Shown: piece after piece, positions 52,250 through 60,852 of the stretch
Layout of the letters: each line of letters starts with the position of its first letter
Numbering within the stretch: the first letter of the stretch is position 1
Assembly: GCA_934747265.1 (NCBI GenBank)
Contig: CAKVGI010000002.1
Coordinates: 34,282 to 98,281 of the forward strand
DNA from: an uncultured Rickettsiales bacterium
GTDB lineage: Bacteria; Pseudomonadota; Alphaproteobacteria; Rickettsiales; UBA1997
Direction: 5' to 3'
Length of the DNA stretch: 64,000 nucleotides
Program-made: the position numbers and the translations under genes
Notes under the pieces: generated by a model
Databases searched by the model: none
Told to the model about the DNA's origin: nothing
What the model saw: only the letters and a program-made list of their open reading frames with translations

Positions 52250-53104
52250 TTAATGATGTAAATTACCAATATTAATATTTAGATAATTAGCAAATTTTTC
52301 TAACAATTTATAAATTATAAGCAAGATTAAGATATACGTATACAATTCAAGAATTTTGATAAAAATTGAATCTTTTTTAAATCTTTTGCCAATAAGTAGC
52401 TCATCAAAAAATTTTTTTCTTTCTGGTGTAATTTTTACTTGTAGATCCTCATAATATTCATATTTTCGTCGCTCATTCCTTTTGTACATATCATCAAAAA
52501 TATATTTTCTAAAATCATTAAACAATTTTTGATATTTTTTTGATGGTGAAATTCCATTTCTTAAATATAATTCCCAACTTTTAGCAAAATTTTCCTCCTC
52601 TTCCTCTGTGAAAGAGCCTCTTGTAAAAAAATGATCATATTTTTTACTATATGCATCCGATCTGCTTCTTACTAAATCAACTATCCTTCTAAAATCCTGA
52701 AAAGCTTTTACATTTCTATTAATAGCAACGAAAGCTATTAAAAATCTTAAATAATGTCCAAATTCGTGTATAAATGTTGTTGTAGTTAAATCTTTTCCGT
52801 TTAAGTATATTGTTGCAATTCTGACTTTAATTGGGGACTTAAACCACTTTTTTTTAGTAATTATACGAGTTTCGCATAATCCGTACGCCAACTGCATATC
52901 ATCATCTATTTCTACACTTAGAGGTAAATAATTATATAATTGTTTTACGGATAAACTATATCTTTTTGCTAAATTTTTATAAATCATTTTCACCATTTTA
53001 AGATTATATTTTGTAATTTTTCTAGAATAAACTTTTTTTAATGGCTTTTTAAATTTTTTAGCAATTTTTCTTAGAGATAAATAATTTTTAACATTGTCAA
53101 ACAT
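52250..53104 (-). CDS. hypothetical protein with HExxH zinc-protease-like motif and C-terminal TM helix
   Basis: AYGLCETRII...TTTFIHEFGHYL is arranged like SprT/DUF45 proteins. The middle is highly basic. The C-terminal segment ILELYTYILILLIIYKLL is hydrophobic. It lies 5 nt downstream of polA. Confidence 0.45.
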   Translation of the reverse strand: MFDNVKNYLSLRKIAKKFKKPLKKVYSRKITKYNLKMVKMIYKNLAKRYSLSVKQLYNYLPLSVEIDDDMQLAYGLCETRIITKKKWFKSPIKVRIATIYLNGKDLTTTTFIHEFGHYLRFLIAFVAINRNVKAFQDFRRIVDLVRSRSDAYSKKYDHFFTRGSFTEEEEENFAKSWELYLRNGISPSKKYQKLFNDFRKYIFDDMYKRNERRKYEYYEDLQVKITPERKKFFDELLIGKRFKKDSIFIKILELYTYILILLIIYKLLEKFANYLNINIGNLHH

Positions 53105-53109
53105 AACAA

Positions 53110-55860
53110 TTAAACTTCTTCCAAATTATTACCAATTTCTAAATCAACACTCATTTTAACATCCCAATTAACAACATTTTCCATTGATTCTTTTAATAAT
53201 TGAGAAACTTCTTCAATTTCACTATCTGGGCATTCTAACACCAATTCATCATGAATTTGTAAAATAATTTTAGATCTATAATTTTTCAATTTTTCATCTA
53301 ATGTAATCATAGCTTTTTTAATTATATCCGCAGCAGTTCCCTGTATTGGCGCATTTATAGCTAATCTTTCAAGATTTCCCTTCATAATTGGTTTTGCTGA
53401 TGCAATATCTATATTAATTTTTCTACCAAACATAGTTTTTACATAATTGTTCTTTTTAACAAAGTCCTTAATGTAATCTATATAGTTTTTAATTTCTGGA
53501 TAAGTTTCAAAATAATTTTTTAAATATTCCTTTGCTTCTTCGTTTGTTGAATTAATTCTTTTTGCTAGTCCGTATGCGCTTGTTCCGTATATAATACTAA
53601 AATTAATAGTTTTCGCAATTGACCTCATTGAAGAACTGACATCTTTTTCGTCAATTTTAAATACATTACTTGCGGTTGTTGTATGTATATCTTTTTCAGC
53701 CAAGAAAAATTCTTTTAGTTTTTTTACGTTATGTAAATTAGCCATAATTCTCAATTCGGCCTGTTTATAATCAGCAGAAATCAATTTATAACCATCTTTT
53801 GCAATAAATGCGGATCTAATTTTTGAACCATCATCTGTTTTTATTGGTATATTTTGCAAATTTGGATTAGATGAGCTAAGACGTCCAGTAATTACATATG
53901 TATTTGAATATGTAGTGTGAATTCTATCATTTTTGTCAACCATTTTCGGGAGTACATCAGTATATGTATTTTTTAATTTACTGTAATGTCTCCAAGCTAA
54001 AATTTTTTGACATATTTCACAGCCTTTTCCAGCTAATTCTTCCAAAACTTCTAAACTAGTAGAAAAATTACCACTTTTCGAAGATTTTTTAATTGGAGAT
54101 ATTTTCATTTTTTCAAACAAAACCTCTGATAATTGTTTTGGTGATGCAATATTAAATTCCATGCCAGCAAGTTTGTAGATTTCTTGCGTTAAATTATCAA
54201 TATAGTCTTGAAATTCATTAGACAATTCAAATAATCTTCTTATATTAACTTTTATTCCAGTAATTTCCATTTTTGCAAGAATTGCAGTCATTGGTCTTTC
54301 TATTGTTTTATAGACACTTTTAAGTTCATTATTATTTTCAAAATCATTTTTAAATTTGTTGTAGATATTAGAAATATTATCAATTATAAAATAAGATATT
54401 TCTTCAATCTTATCTTTTAAATTATCTATTTTATTTTCTTTTTCTAATTTTTTAATAATTTCAATTTTTTCATCAATATTATTTGAATTATCACAAATCA
54501 TATCAATATTATTAGCAAAAATTGATGATAATAGGCTATTATACAAACCATCATTTAATACATAGCTCATTACTTCTATATCTTCAAAATTATCAACAGA
54601 AATACCATAATTATACAATAATTTAATCTGTTTTTTAATATCATATCCAATTTTAAGAATAGAATTATTTTCAAAAATGCCTTTAAAAGTCTCAACAATT
54701 TCTTTAAAACTTAGACTTTTATTATCATTAAATAAATCAGCTGATGATTGTGATATTTCAATAAAATAAGAACTATTATTAAATAAAAAGCTAAATGATA
54801 GTAAATTATTTTTTTCTGTCAAAATATTAAAATAAAATTTATCAAGATTTTTTGCTTTATTTATAATACTTTTTAATTCATTAATATTTTTTATTTTTAT
54901 ATTCTTACCATTTAATTCCTCTTGTTTTTCTGTAATTTTATCATTCTCAATTACAATATTTTGATTATCAAATAGTGAAGGTTCAACTGTTGCAAAAGCT
55001 TGTTTTAAACCTCTTACCATTGAATAAAATTCTTGTTTTGTTAAAAAATCCAAAAATTCTTTATAATTATATTGCTTAAATTTTAGATCATCAAGAGTAT
55101 AATTCATTTTTACATCTTTATCAAGAGTAATTAATTTTTTTGATAATAAAATATCATCAATACTGTTTTTTAATATTTCTCTTCTTTTTGCCTGTTTAAT
55201 ATTATCAATATTTTTTAATAATCCATCAATATCGCCATATGTATTTATTAACTCCATTGCCGTTTTGGGACCAATACCTTGAACACCAGGAACATTATCC
55301 GATGCATCACCCATTAAAGTTAAAACATCCAAGACCTTTGTTGGCTCAACGCCCCATTTCTCTCTAACTTTTTCTATATCTATAAATTCATTTTTCATTC
55401 CATCAAACATTAATATTTTTTCATCAACCAACTGCATTAAATCTTTATCCGATGAAACTATAACAACTTCAAAACCATCATTTTCCGCTTTTTTTGCATA
55501 GGTAGCAATAATATCATCTGCTTCATAACCATCTTTTTCTAGACTTGTAATATTTAATACTTTTACTAATTCTCTAACTAATGGAAATTGTGGTAATAAT
55601 TCTGGCGGACAAGGCGGTCTATTCGCTTTATACTCACTATATATCTCATTTCTAAAAGTTTTTTTACCAGTATCAAATGCTACAGCAATATGTGTATATT
55701 CTATTTCAGTAATAATTTTAATCAACATTCTACTAAAACCATACAATCCACCAACAGGAGTTCCATCTTTTCTTGTTAAATTTCTGATAGCAAAAAATGC
55801 TCTAAATAAAAAACTATAACCGTCAATTAAAATTAATTTTTTCATAGAAATATTATTCAT
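53110..55860 (-). CDS. polA: DNA polymerase I
   Basis: 5'-nuclease domain (LILIDGYSFLFRAFFA), then a central 3'-5' exonuclease-like region. Polymerase motifs are A (SADYKQAELRIMA), B (RSIAKTINFSIIYG) and C (LQIHDELV). Confidence 0.95.
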   Translation of the reverse strand: MNNISMKKLILIDGYSFLFRAFFAIRNLTRKDGTPVGGLYGFSRMLIKIITEIEYTHIAVAFDTGKKTFRNEIYSEYKANRPPCPPELLPQFPLVRELVKVLNITSLEKDGYEADDIIATYAKKAENDGFEVVIVSSDKDLMQLVDEKILMFDGMKNEFIDIEKVREKWGVEPTKVLDVLTLMGDASDNVPGVQGIGPKTAMELINTYGDIDGLLKNIDNIKQAKRREILKNSIDDILLSKKLITLDKDVKMNYTLDDLKFKQYNYKEFLDFLTKQEFYSMVRGLKQAFATVEPSLFDNQNIVIENDKITEKQEELNGKNIKIKNINELKSIINKAKNLDKFYFNILTEKNNLLSFSFLFNNSSYFIEISQSSADLFNDNKSLSFKEIVETFKGIFENNSILKIGYDIKKQIKLLYNYGISVDNFEDIEVMSYVLNDGLYNSLLSSIFANNIDMICDNSNNIDEKIEIIKKLEKENKIDNLKDKIEEISYFIIDNISNIYNKFKNDFENNNELKSVYKTIERPMTAILAKMEITGIKVNIRRLFELSNEFQDYIDNLTQEIYKLAGMEFNIASPKQLSEVLFEKMKISPIKKSSKSGNFSTSLEVLEELAGKGCEICQKILAWRHYSKLKNTYTDVLPKMVDKNDRIHTTYSNTYVITGRLSSSNPNLQNIPIKTDDGSKIRSAFIAKDGYKLISADYKQAELRIMANLHNVKKLKEFFLAEKDIHTTTASNVFKIDEKDVSSSMRSIAKTINFSIIYGTSAYGLAKRINSTNEEAKEYLKNYFETYPEIKNYIDYIKDFVKKNNYVKTMFGRKINIDIASAKPIMKGNLERLAINAPIQGTAADIIKKAMITLDEKLKNYRSKIILQIHDELVLECPDSEIEEVSQLLKESMENVVNWDVKMSVDLEIGNNLEEV

Positions 55861-56019
55861 AATCCTATATTTATATATAATTTTTATTTTTTAAATTGTC
55901 CATAATTTTTATTTTGATAAGACAAAATAAACTAAATATAAATTTAATATTGTTGTAGTTGCTAATAAAATATAAAATCCTTGACTTTTCAATTGTTAAA
56001 ATTAAACTTTTTTAGTAAA

Positions 56020-56109
56020 GGAAAGATGGCCGAGTGGCTTAAGGTACTCGCTTGGAAAGCGAGCGTATGTGAAAGCATACCGCGGGTTCGAATCCCGCTC
56101 TTTCCGCCA
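56020..56109 (+). tRNA. tRNA-Ser (anticodon GGA), class II, CCA encoded
   Basis: GGAAAGATGGCCGAGTGGCTTAAGG...CTCGC TTGGAAA GCGAG, a long variable arm, then GCGGGTTCGAATCCCGC TCTTTCC G CCA. A TTGACT-N16/17-TAAACT promoter-like sequence precedes it. Confidence 0.9.
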
Positions 56110-56329
56110 TTAAGTTAATACAATTCTAATAATTTAAAGTTAATAATTTTTGGCTATATTAAATAGGTATTTTATGCCGTTTTATTGTCAAGACTAACAA
56201 GCTTAAAATAATTTAATAGTATTTATAGTACATTTTGGTATTACTAGCTTTAATACTTTTTATTATATTATAATAGATATATCTAGTAATCTGCCTATTG
56301 CTAATATATTTAATTCTTTATTAATGATG

Positions 56330-56640
56330 TGTTCTTTATTTTTTGCTAAGCACTTTTCTTTTAATAATAATGCATTTTATCTGTACATTGCATTAAAAAT
56401 ACCACTTCTTAGCACTAGTTAAGGCATCTATCTCCTATGTTATCAAAGATATCCTACATTTTTTACTATTAAGTACATCCAATATCTACTAAATCTAATA
56501 ACTTTTTTGATTTTTTCTACCAAGAATATCTCTTGCTTCACCGTAAGAATATATAGTGTTCATTCTCCTAAAACACTTCAATATTTTTCCTATACTAATG
56601 GGGGTAAAAATGGACCCACAAATATTAATTTTTATACTAT
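56330..56640 (-). repeat. degenerate copies (mostly inverted orientation) of the TCTTAGCA/TCTTGGTA unit family seen at 58.9-59.6 kb
   Basis: The reverse complement contains ATTCTTACGGTGAAGCAAGAGAT and ATTCTTGGTAGAAAAAATC. Compare TTCTTAACGGATGTCGAACAGGAGAT at 59394 and TCTTGGTAGAGGGAAATAG at 59200. GCTAAGCAC and CTTCTTAGCAC also occur. Confidence 0.4.
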
Positions 56641-56780
56641 ATTAGTCTATAGCTCTTCTGAATTTGTTAATTATATATAAAACTATATATGGCTTCTCTC
56701 TTGATTTTCAACTTTAAATATAGAATCTCCAACTTTATATTTTTTATTTTTAGAATAAGATTAATATAATTAAAAACTAA

Positions 56781-57818
56781 TTAGTAAAAATTGCTACCTG
56801 CTTTAATAAATTCTAGTGGACTATATCTATCCCTACCTTTTAATATTTCATAGTGCAAGTGATGTCCAGTACTTCTTCCAGTATTGCCTTGTATTCCCAA
56901 AACATCGCCTCTTTTTACCTTATCACCAATCTTAACTTTGTAATCATTAAGATGTCCATATAATGTTTTAATGCCATAATCATGCTGTACAACAATAGCT
57001 TTTCCATAACCACCTTTTGTGCCTGTAAAAATAACCTTACCGGGTGCTGGACTATATATTTTACTCATATATGAACCAACAACATCAACACCATGATGTT
57101 CTTTTGGTTTTTTAGTAAATGGATCCAATCTTCTACCAAACTTGCTTGAAACATAATTTATATTAATTGGTTCAGAAAACGGCATAGCATTTACAAAACT
57201 TTCTAAATTTTCTAAGTATGCTAAATTTTGATCAATTGTGTTTTTCATTACTATTGATTCCAAAACATTCTTATTTAGATCTTTTTCGCTTTCTTCTAGT
57301 GATGTTTCGTAAGATACAGCTTGTATATTATCATTAAAATTAAGTTTTTCTTTGATTGATTGTATTCCATTAATTCTGTCAATCAATGCTAAATTTATAT
57401 TTTTAAGGTTATCTTTTGTTCTGTCTAAAACAAGTTCAATATTATATTGTTCTGTATTGCTATTTTTAAGCTCATCATAATTAAAATTTTCATCTATATT
57501 GACAAACCTATCAAACCTATTTAATGAAACTATAAATTTTCTAATATTATTAATATTATTTTCAAGTATTGATATATTTGCTAATAACTCCTGTTTATTT
57601 GTTTCAAGATAACTAATTCTGTCATTTTTCTCACTAACCTCATTTTGCAATGCAAAATATTTAATTGTTATAAAGGCCGTCCAGAATGCAAACAATATAT
57701 TCCATATCAAAAAAACAACACCAACTTTTCTAGATCTTATACAGGAATCAGAAATGCAAATAATTTCTCTTTCGGTACAAAAAACCGACTTAATAAATAA
57801 ACAAATTTTTTTTATCAT
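56781..57818 (-). CDS. M23 family peptidoglycan metalloendopeptidase with N-terminal TM anchor and coiled coil
   Basis: C-terminal LytM domain motifs: HHGVDV, GYGKAIVVQHDYGIKTLYGHL and TGHHLHYEI. TM helix VVFLIWNILFAFWTAFITI. Confidence 0.8.
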   Translation of the reverse strand: MIKKICLFIKSVFCTEREIICISDSCIRSRKVGVVFLIWNILFAFWTAFITIKYFALQNEVSEKNDRISYLETNKQELLANISILENNINNIRKFIVSLNRFDRFVNIDENFNYDELKNSNTEQYNIELVLDRTKDNLKNINLALIDRINGIQSIKEKLNFNDNIQAVSYETSLEESEKDLNKNVLESIVMKNTIDQNLAYLENLESFVNAMPFSEPININYVSSKFGRRLDPFTKKPKEHHGVDVVGSYMSKIYSPAPGKVIFTGTKGGYGKAIVVQHDYGIKTLYGHLNDYKVKIGDKVKRGDVLGIQGNTGRSTGHHLHYEILKGRDRYSPLEFIKAGSNFY

Positions 57819-57841
57819 TAAAAAAATATTATTTTTTTAGA

Positions 57842-57869
57842 ATTATAATATTTTTTTTGGAAAAGTCAA
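57842..57869 (-). promoter_or_regulatory. near-consensus sigma70-type promoter for the M23 peptidase gene
   Basis: The minus strand reads TTGACT, a 16-nt spacer, then TATAAT. The -10 ends about 24 nt upstream of the ATG at 57818. Confidence 0.45.
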
Positions 57870-57900
57870 GTTCAATTTTTTAATATACCATAACGTTAAC

Positions 57901-57947
57901 AACTTCAATACTTCAAAGTTTCTGTACTGTAAAAATACTGTAAATTT
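57901..57947. promoter_or_regulatory. conserved 48-bp block, copy 1 (copy 2 at 62998-63045)
   Basis: AACTTCAATACTTCAAAGTTTCTGTACTGTAAAAATACTGTAAATTT versus AACTTTAATACTTCAAAATTTCTGTAATGTAAAAATACCGTAATTTT: about 43 of 48 positions identical in noncoding DNA. It contains a direct repeat TACTGTAAA-N2-TACTGTAAA with 11-bp phasing. Confidence 0.4.
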
Positions 57948-58053
57948 TTTACTATATTTTTTTGATATTGGTAATTTTTACTTAATATAGTCTTAACTGT
58001 ATAAATATTAATTGAATAGTTTTGCCCTGTCTTACAAGTATTAAGTACAGCTG

Positions 58054-58181
58054 TATAATAAAAATATATTTATATTACCTTCACTCTCTATTAATCTTAT
58101 ATATCATCAATTAACCCTTCTTATTCACCACCTCTCTATTCACCACTTACTCATTAATCACACTCTACAATCTATAAACAC
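58054..58181 (+). other. 128-nt G-free, C/T/A-only tract
   Basis: Read directly. There is no G on the + strand between G58053 and G58182. The reiterated motifs CTCTATTAATC, CTTATTCACCAC, CTCTATTCACCAC and CTCATTAATCAC are the complement of the purine-rich units at 59.1-59.5 kb. Confidence 0.9.
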
Positions 58182-58506
58182 GTCTGTAACATAAATACAT
58201 AAAGATAATTTAAATTAATTAATAGAAAAGTATATTTTTTTATTATTTGTGAAGTAGGGGTAGTTTTTAAAACATATCTCTAGAATTGTTCTATATAAGA
58301 ATGAGACTTATGCTAAATTATATTAAAGAAATATTTGATAAGTATTTCTTTTTGTTTGTTGATTTACATATAAAAAACAAATAAAGAAAAAATAATAATT
58401 AAAGAAAACAACAATAGCAACAATAATAAAAAAAATAATAACAGAAGCAATAACAGCAACAATAATAAAAGAAAATAACGGAAATAACATAATCCCCAAC
58501 AGACAA

Positions 58507-58619
58507 CAAAAAAAGTACTGGGCTCGGAGGCATATTATAATTGTAATCTATTTCCAAAAGGTCTTTTATTCAATTACAAACCCAGTACTTCTTGTTAACA
58601 ATTTTAATAACTGCTAACA
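58507..58619 (-). ncRNA. candidate small RNA B (paralog of 49662-49773)
   Basis: On the minus strand: TTGACT (58654-58649), a 17-nt spacer, then TATATT (58631-58626). The 5' hairpin is GTTAGCA/TTGTTAAC. The long hairpin is closed by AGTACTGGG/CCCAGTACT and followed by TTTTTTT. It shares the internal GCCUCC and UGUAAUUGAAUAAAA segments with copy A. Confidence 0.35.
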
Positions 58620-58899
58620 TCTTTTAATATAATAATACTAATATTAATAGTCAAGTGGTTTTTTTAGAAAGAAAGTAAAAATTAAATTTTGTTATATTGA
58701 TAATGTTATAATAATATAAAGTTATAGCAACTTTATAAAAATTTTATAATAACTTCATAATAACTTCATAATAATTGCTTTTAGTTTTAAAAGAATATTG
58801 CATAGAAATAAAAAAGAACCAAAAAGAAATTAAAAGAGAAATAATTTAAATGTAAATATTATGGTAGTGATAAATAATAAATAACAAACCTCTTCACTC

Positions 58900-59640
58900 C
58901 TTACTTGTGAGGTAGAAGTTAATGCAGAACATCACCCATCTATCTAATGCTATTTTTCTATCTTCTCCTCTTATAATGAGAATGGAGTTATTTGTAGAAC
59001 CATTTCCTTTCTGTCCTATTTTACAAGAGAAAATTTAATAAAGCTAATATCTCTCCATTATCCATTTTATGTAAGAAAAAACTAATGAAGTCAATATTCC
59101 CCTTTGCTACAATTTATATTGTGAAGGAATGGAAGGGTGTCTTGTCAGTAATGGTGAATAGATAATTATCTCTTAGCAGAGGAAAAATAAAGGAACTTTT
59201 CTTGGTAGAGGGAAATAGCACCTTATTAACATAGAGGAAAAGTGAGAGATTCTTAGCATGAAGGGAAGTAGGATGTTTTTTGGTGAGTGTAAAATAGAAG
59301 AATACCTCTTAGTGTGAGGAAATAGTATCTACTCTTGTATCAAAAGGAATTGGAGAAATACTTACCATTAACAAATGGAAAGCAAAATGGTATTCTTAAC
59401 GGATGTCGAACAGGAGATTTTTAATATGGGGGAACGTATGGGGACTCAGCAGGAGAGTAAAGAAAAAAATTGGTAGAAATAGAATAAAAATATATTTCAG
59501 CAAGTATTGAGGCACTTTTAGCATGGGTGATAATTGGACTAAAAAATCTTAGCCATAAAAATAAATAAGATTCTTAGCCATAAAAATAGGTAAAATTTAA
59601 GGAAAAAATAGAAAAGTTTTTAGTATAATGTAAATAATTA
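58900..59640 (+). repeat. degenerate short-period repeat array (units about 22-33 bp: TCTTAGCA / TCTTGGTA-like head + purine-rich GAGGAAA-like tail)
   Basis: Heads are read at about 59170 (CTCTTAGCAGAGGAAAA), 59200 (TCTTGGTAGAGGGAAA), 59251 (TCTTAGCATGAAGGGAAG), 59307 (TCTTAGTGTGAGGAAA), 59333, 59394 (TCTTAACGGATG..CAGGAGA), 59446, 59496, 59518, 59547 (TCTTAGCCATAAAAAT) and 59571 (TTCTTAGCCATAAAAAT). No ORF of 60 aa or more is present. Confidence 0.6.
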
Positions 59641-59989
59641 AAATCAACAATAATTCTTTATTTTCTAAGTTTATTATAATTTGTTATAATTTATTTACAT
59701 TATGTAAACTTGACAATAAATTTATAAATTTTAATATTAATTTTTCTTCTATTTGAATATTTGAAATATTGATGGTTGTTTATGATATACATCAACAATT
59801 TATAGTTTACATTAATCGCTAAATATATTATAAAAAAAAATTAAATAAAATAAGTGTATTATATAAATTTCTACTTATTTATAATAAAATCTACATTATT
59901 GTGTAAAAAATTTAAAAACAAAAATGTCTAGACCAAACAAATAATATACGAAAAATATATAAATAAATACAACACATAAGATACAAAAC

Positions 59990-60021
59990 AACAATATTAA
60001 GTAAAAATACTTAATATTGTT
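59990..60021 (-). terminator. hairpin terminator downstream of rplT
   Basis: AACAATATTAAGTA-AAAA-TACTTAATATTGTT is a perfect 14-bp stem. On the minus strand it is followed by GTTTTGTATCTT. Confidence 0.6.
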
Positions 60022-60042
60022 TTGAATAAATAGAAATGATTA

Positions 60043-60390
60043 TTATTTTTGTACTGCTTTAACCAAATTTTCAAAAGCTTTTGGTTCTCTAATAGCCATT
60101 TCAGAAAGCATTTTTCTGTCTAATGCTATATTTAATTCTTTGAGTTTTTTCATGAATGTAGAATATACCATTCCATAATTTCTAACAGCAGCATTTATTC
60201 TCTGAATCCATAAAACTCTAAATTCTCTTTTTCTATTATGTCTATCTCTTGTTGCATAATGTAAAGCTTTTTCAACTCTTTCAATTGCAATTGAAAAACA
60301 ATTTTTACTTCTACCTCTAAAACCCTTAGCTCTATCTAGAACTCTTTTTCTTCTATTTTTTGAAGCTGGTCTATTTGTTGATCTTGTCAT
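60043..60390 (-). CDS. rplT: 50S ribosomal protein L20
   Basis: [26 protein letters not shown]...INAAVR is canonical L20. Confidence 0.95.
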   Translation of the reverse strand: MTRSTNRPASKNRRKRVLDRAKGFRGRSKNCFSIAIERVEKALHYATRDRHNRKREFRVLWIQRINAAVRNYGMVYSTFMKKLKELNIALDRKMLSEMAIREPKAFENLVKAVQK

Positions 60391-60412
60391 CTCTTATCCT
60401 ATTAATAATTTA

Positions 60413-60634
60413 TTATAATCTTCCTTTTTGTGTAAAACCGTATGGCATAAAATTAGTAAATACTAATGCTGTATCACCATCAAACATAAAATCTGCTTTT
60501 CTGTTATTTCTGATTTGTCTTTTACTTCTTTTAACCATACAATGTCTTTTATTGGCGTTTTTAAACTTAATTCTTCCAGTTCCCGTTATTGTAAATCTCT
60601 TTTTGCAAGAACTGTTTGTTTTCATCTTAGTCAT
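60413..60634 (-). CDS. rpmI: 50S ribosomal protein L35
   Basis: [31 protein letters not shown] is the L35 signature. It lies immediately upstream of rplT. No infC lies upstream in this window. Confidence 0.9.
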   Translation of the reverse strand: MTKMKTNSSCKKRFTITGTGRIKFKNANKRHCMVKRSKRQIRNNRKADFMFDGDTALVFTNFMPYGFTQKGRL

Positions 60635-60852
60635 CTTTTATATTCAAACATAATTAATAAACCTTATAACAAAATATTAAAATCATATTTTATAAATGCA
60701 ATTAAAATTTTAAAAAAAATAGAATTTCATTAAATAATTCTTTATTATTCAATTAATATCACTATATATTAATGATTTACATGATTTTAGCATTATGAAC
60801 TAAAAATCTTGGTGCATAATAAAAAAACGAAAATTCATATAACATAATCCGC

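Noticed and set aside
58900-59640. The possibility that the periodic array is a CRISPR array.
   Set aside because: The period of about 27 bp is far shorter than a repeat-plus-spacer unit. The repeat heads are only about 8 nt and degenerate. No cas genes are in the window.
57819-60042. The possibility that the ORF-free region with a C-to-G strand switch is the replication origin.
   Set aside because: I could not find a cluster of DnaA boxes (TTATCCACA-like). There is only one weak TTATCCATT at about 59058. Flanking gene orientation does not switch, and no dnaA, hemE or other origin-linked gene is adjacent. It cannot be excluded without a whole-genome skew analysis.
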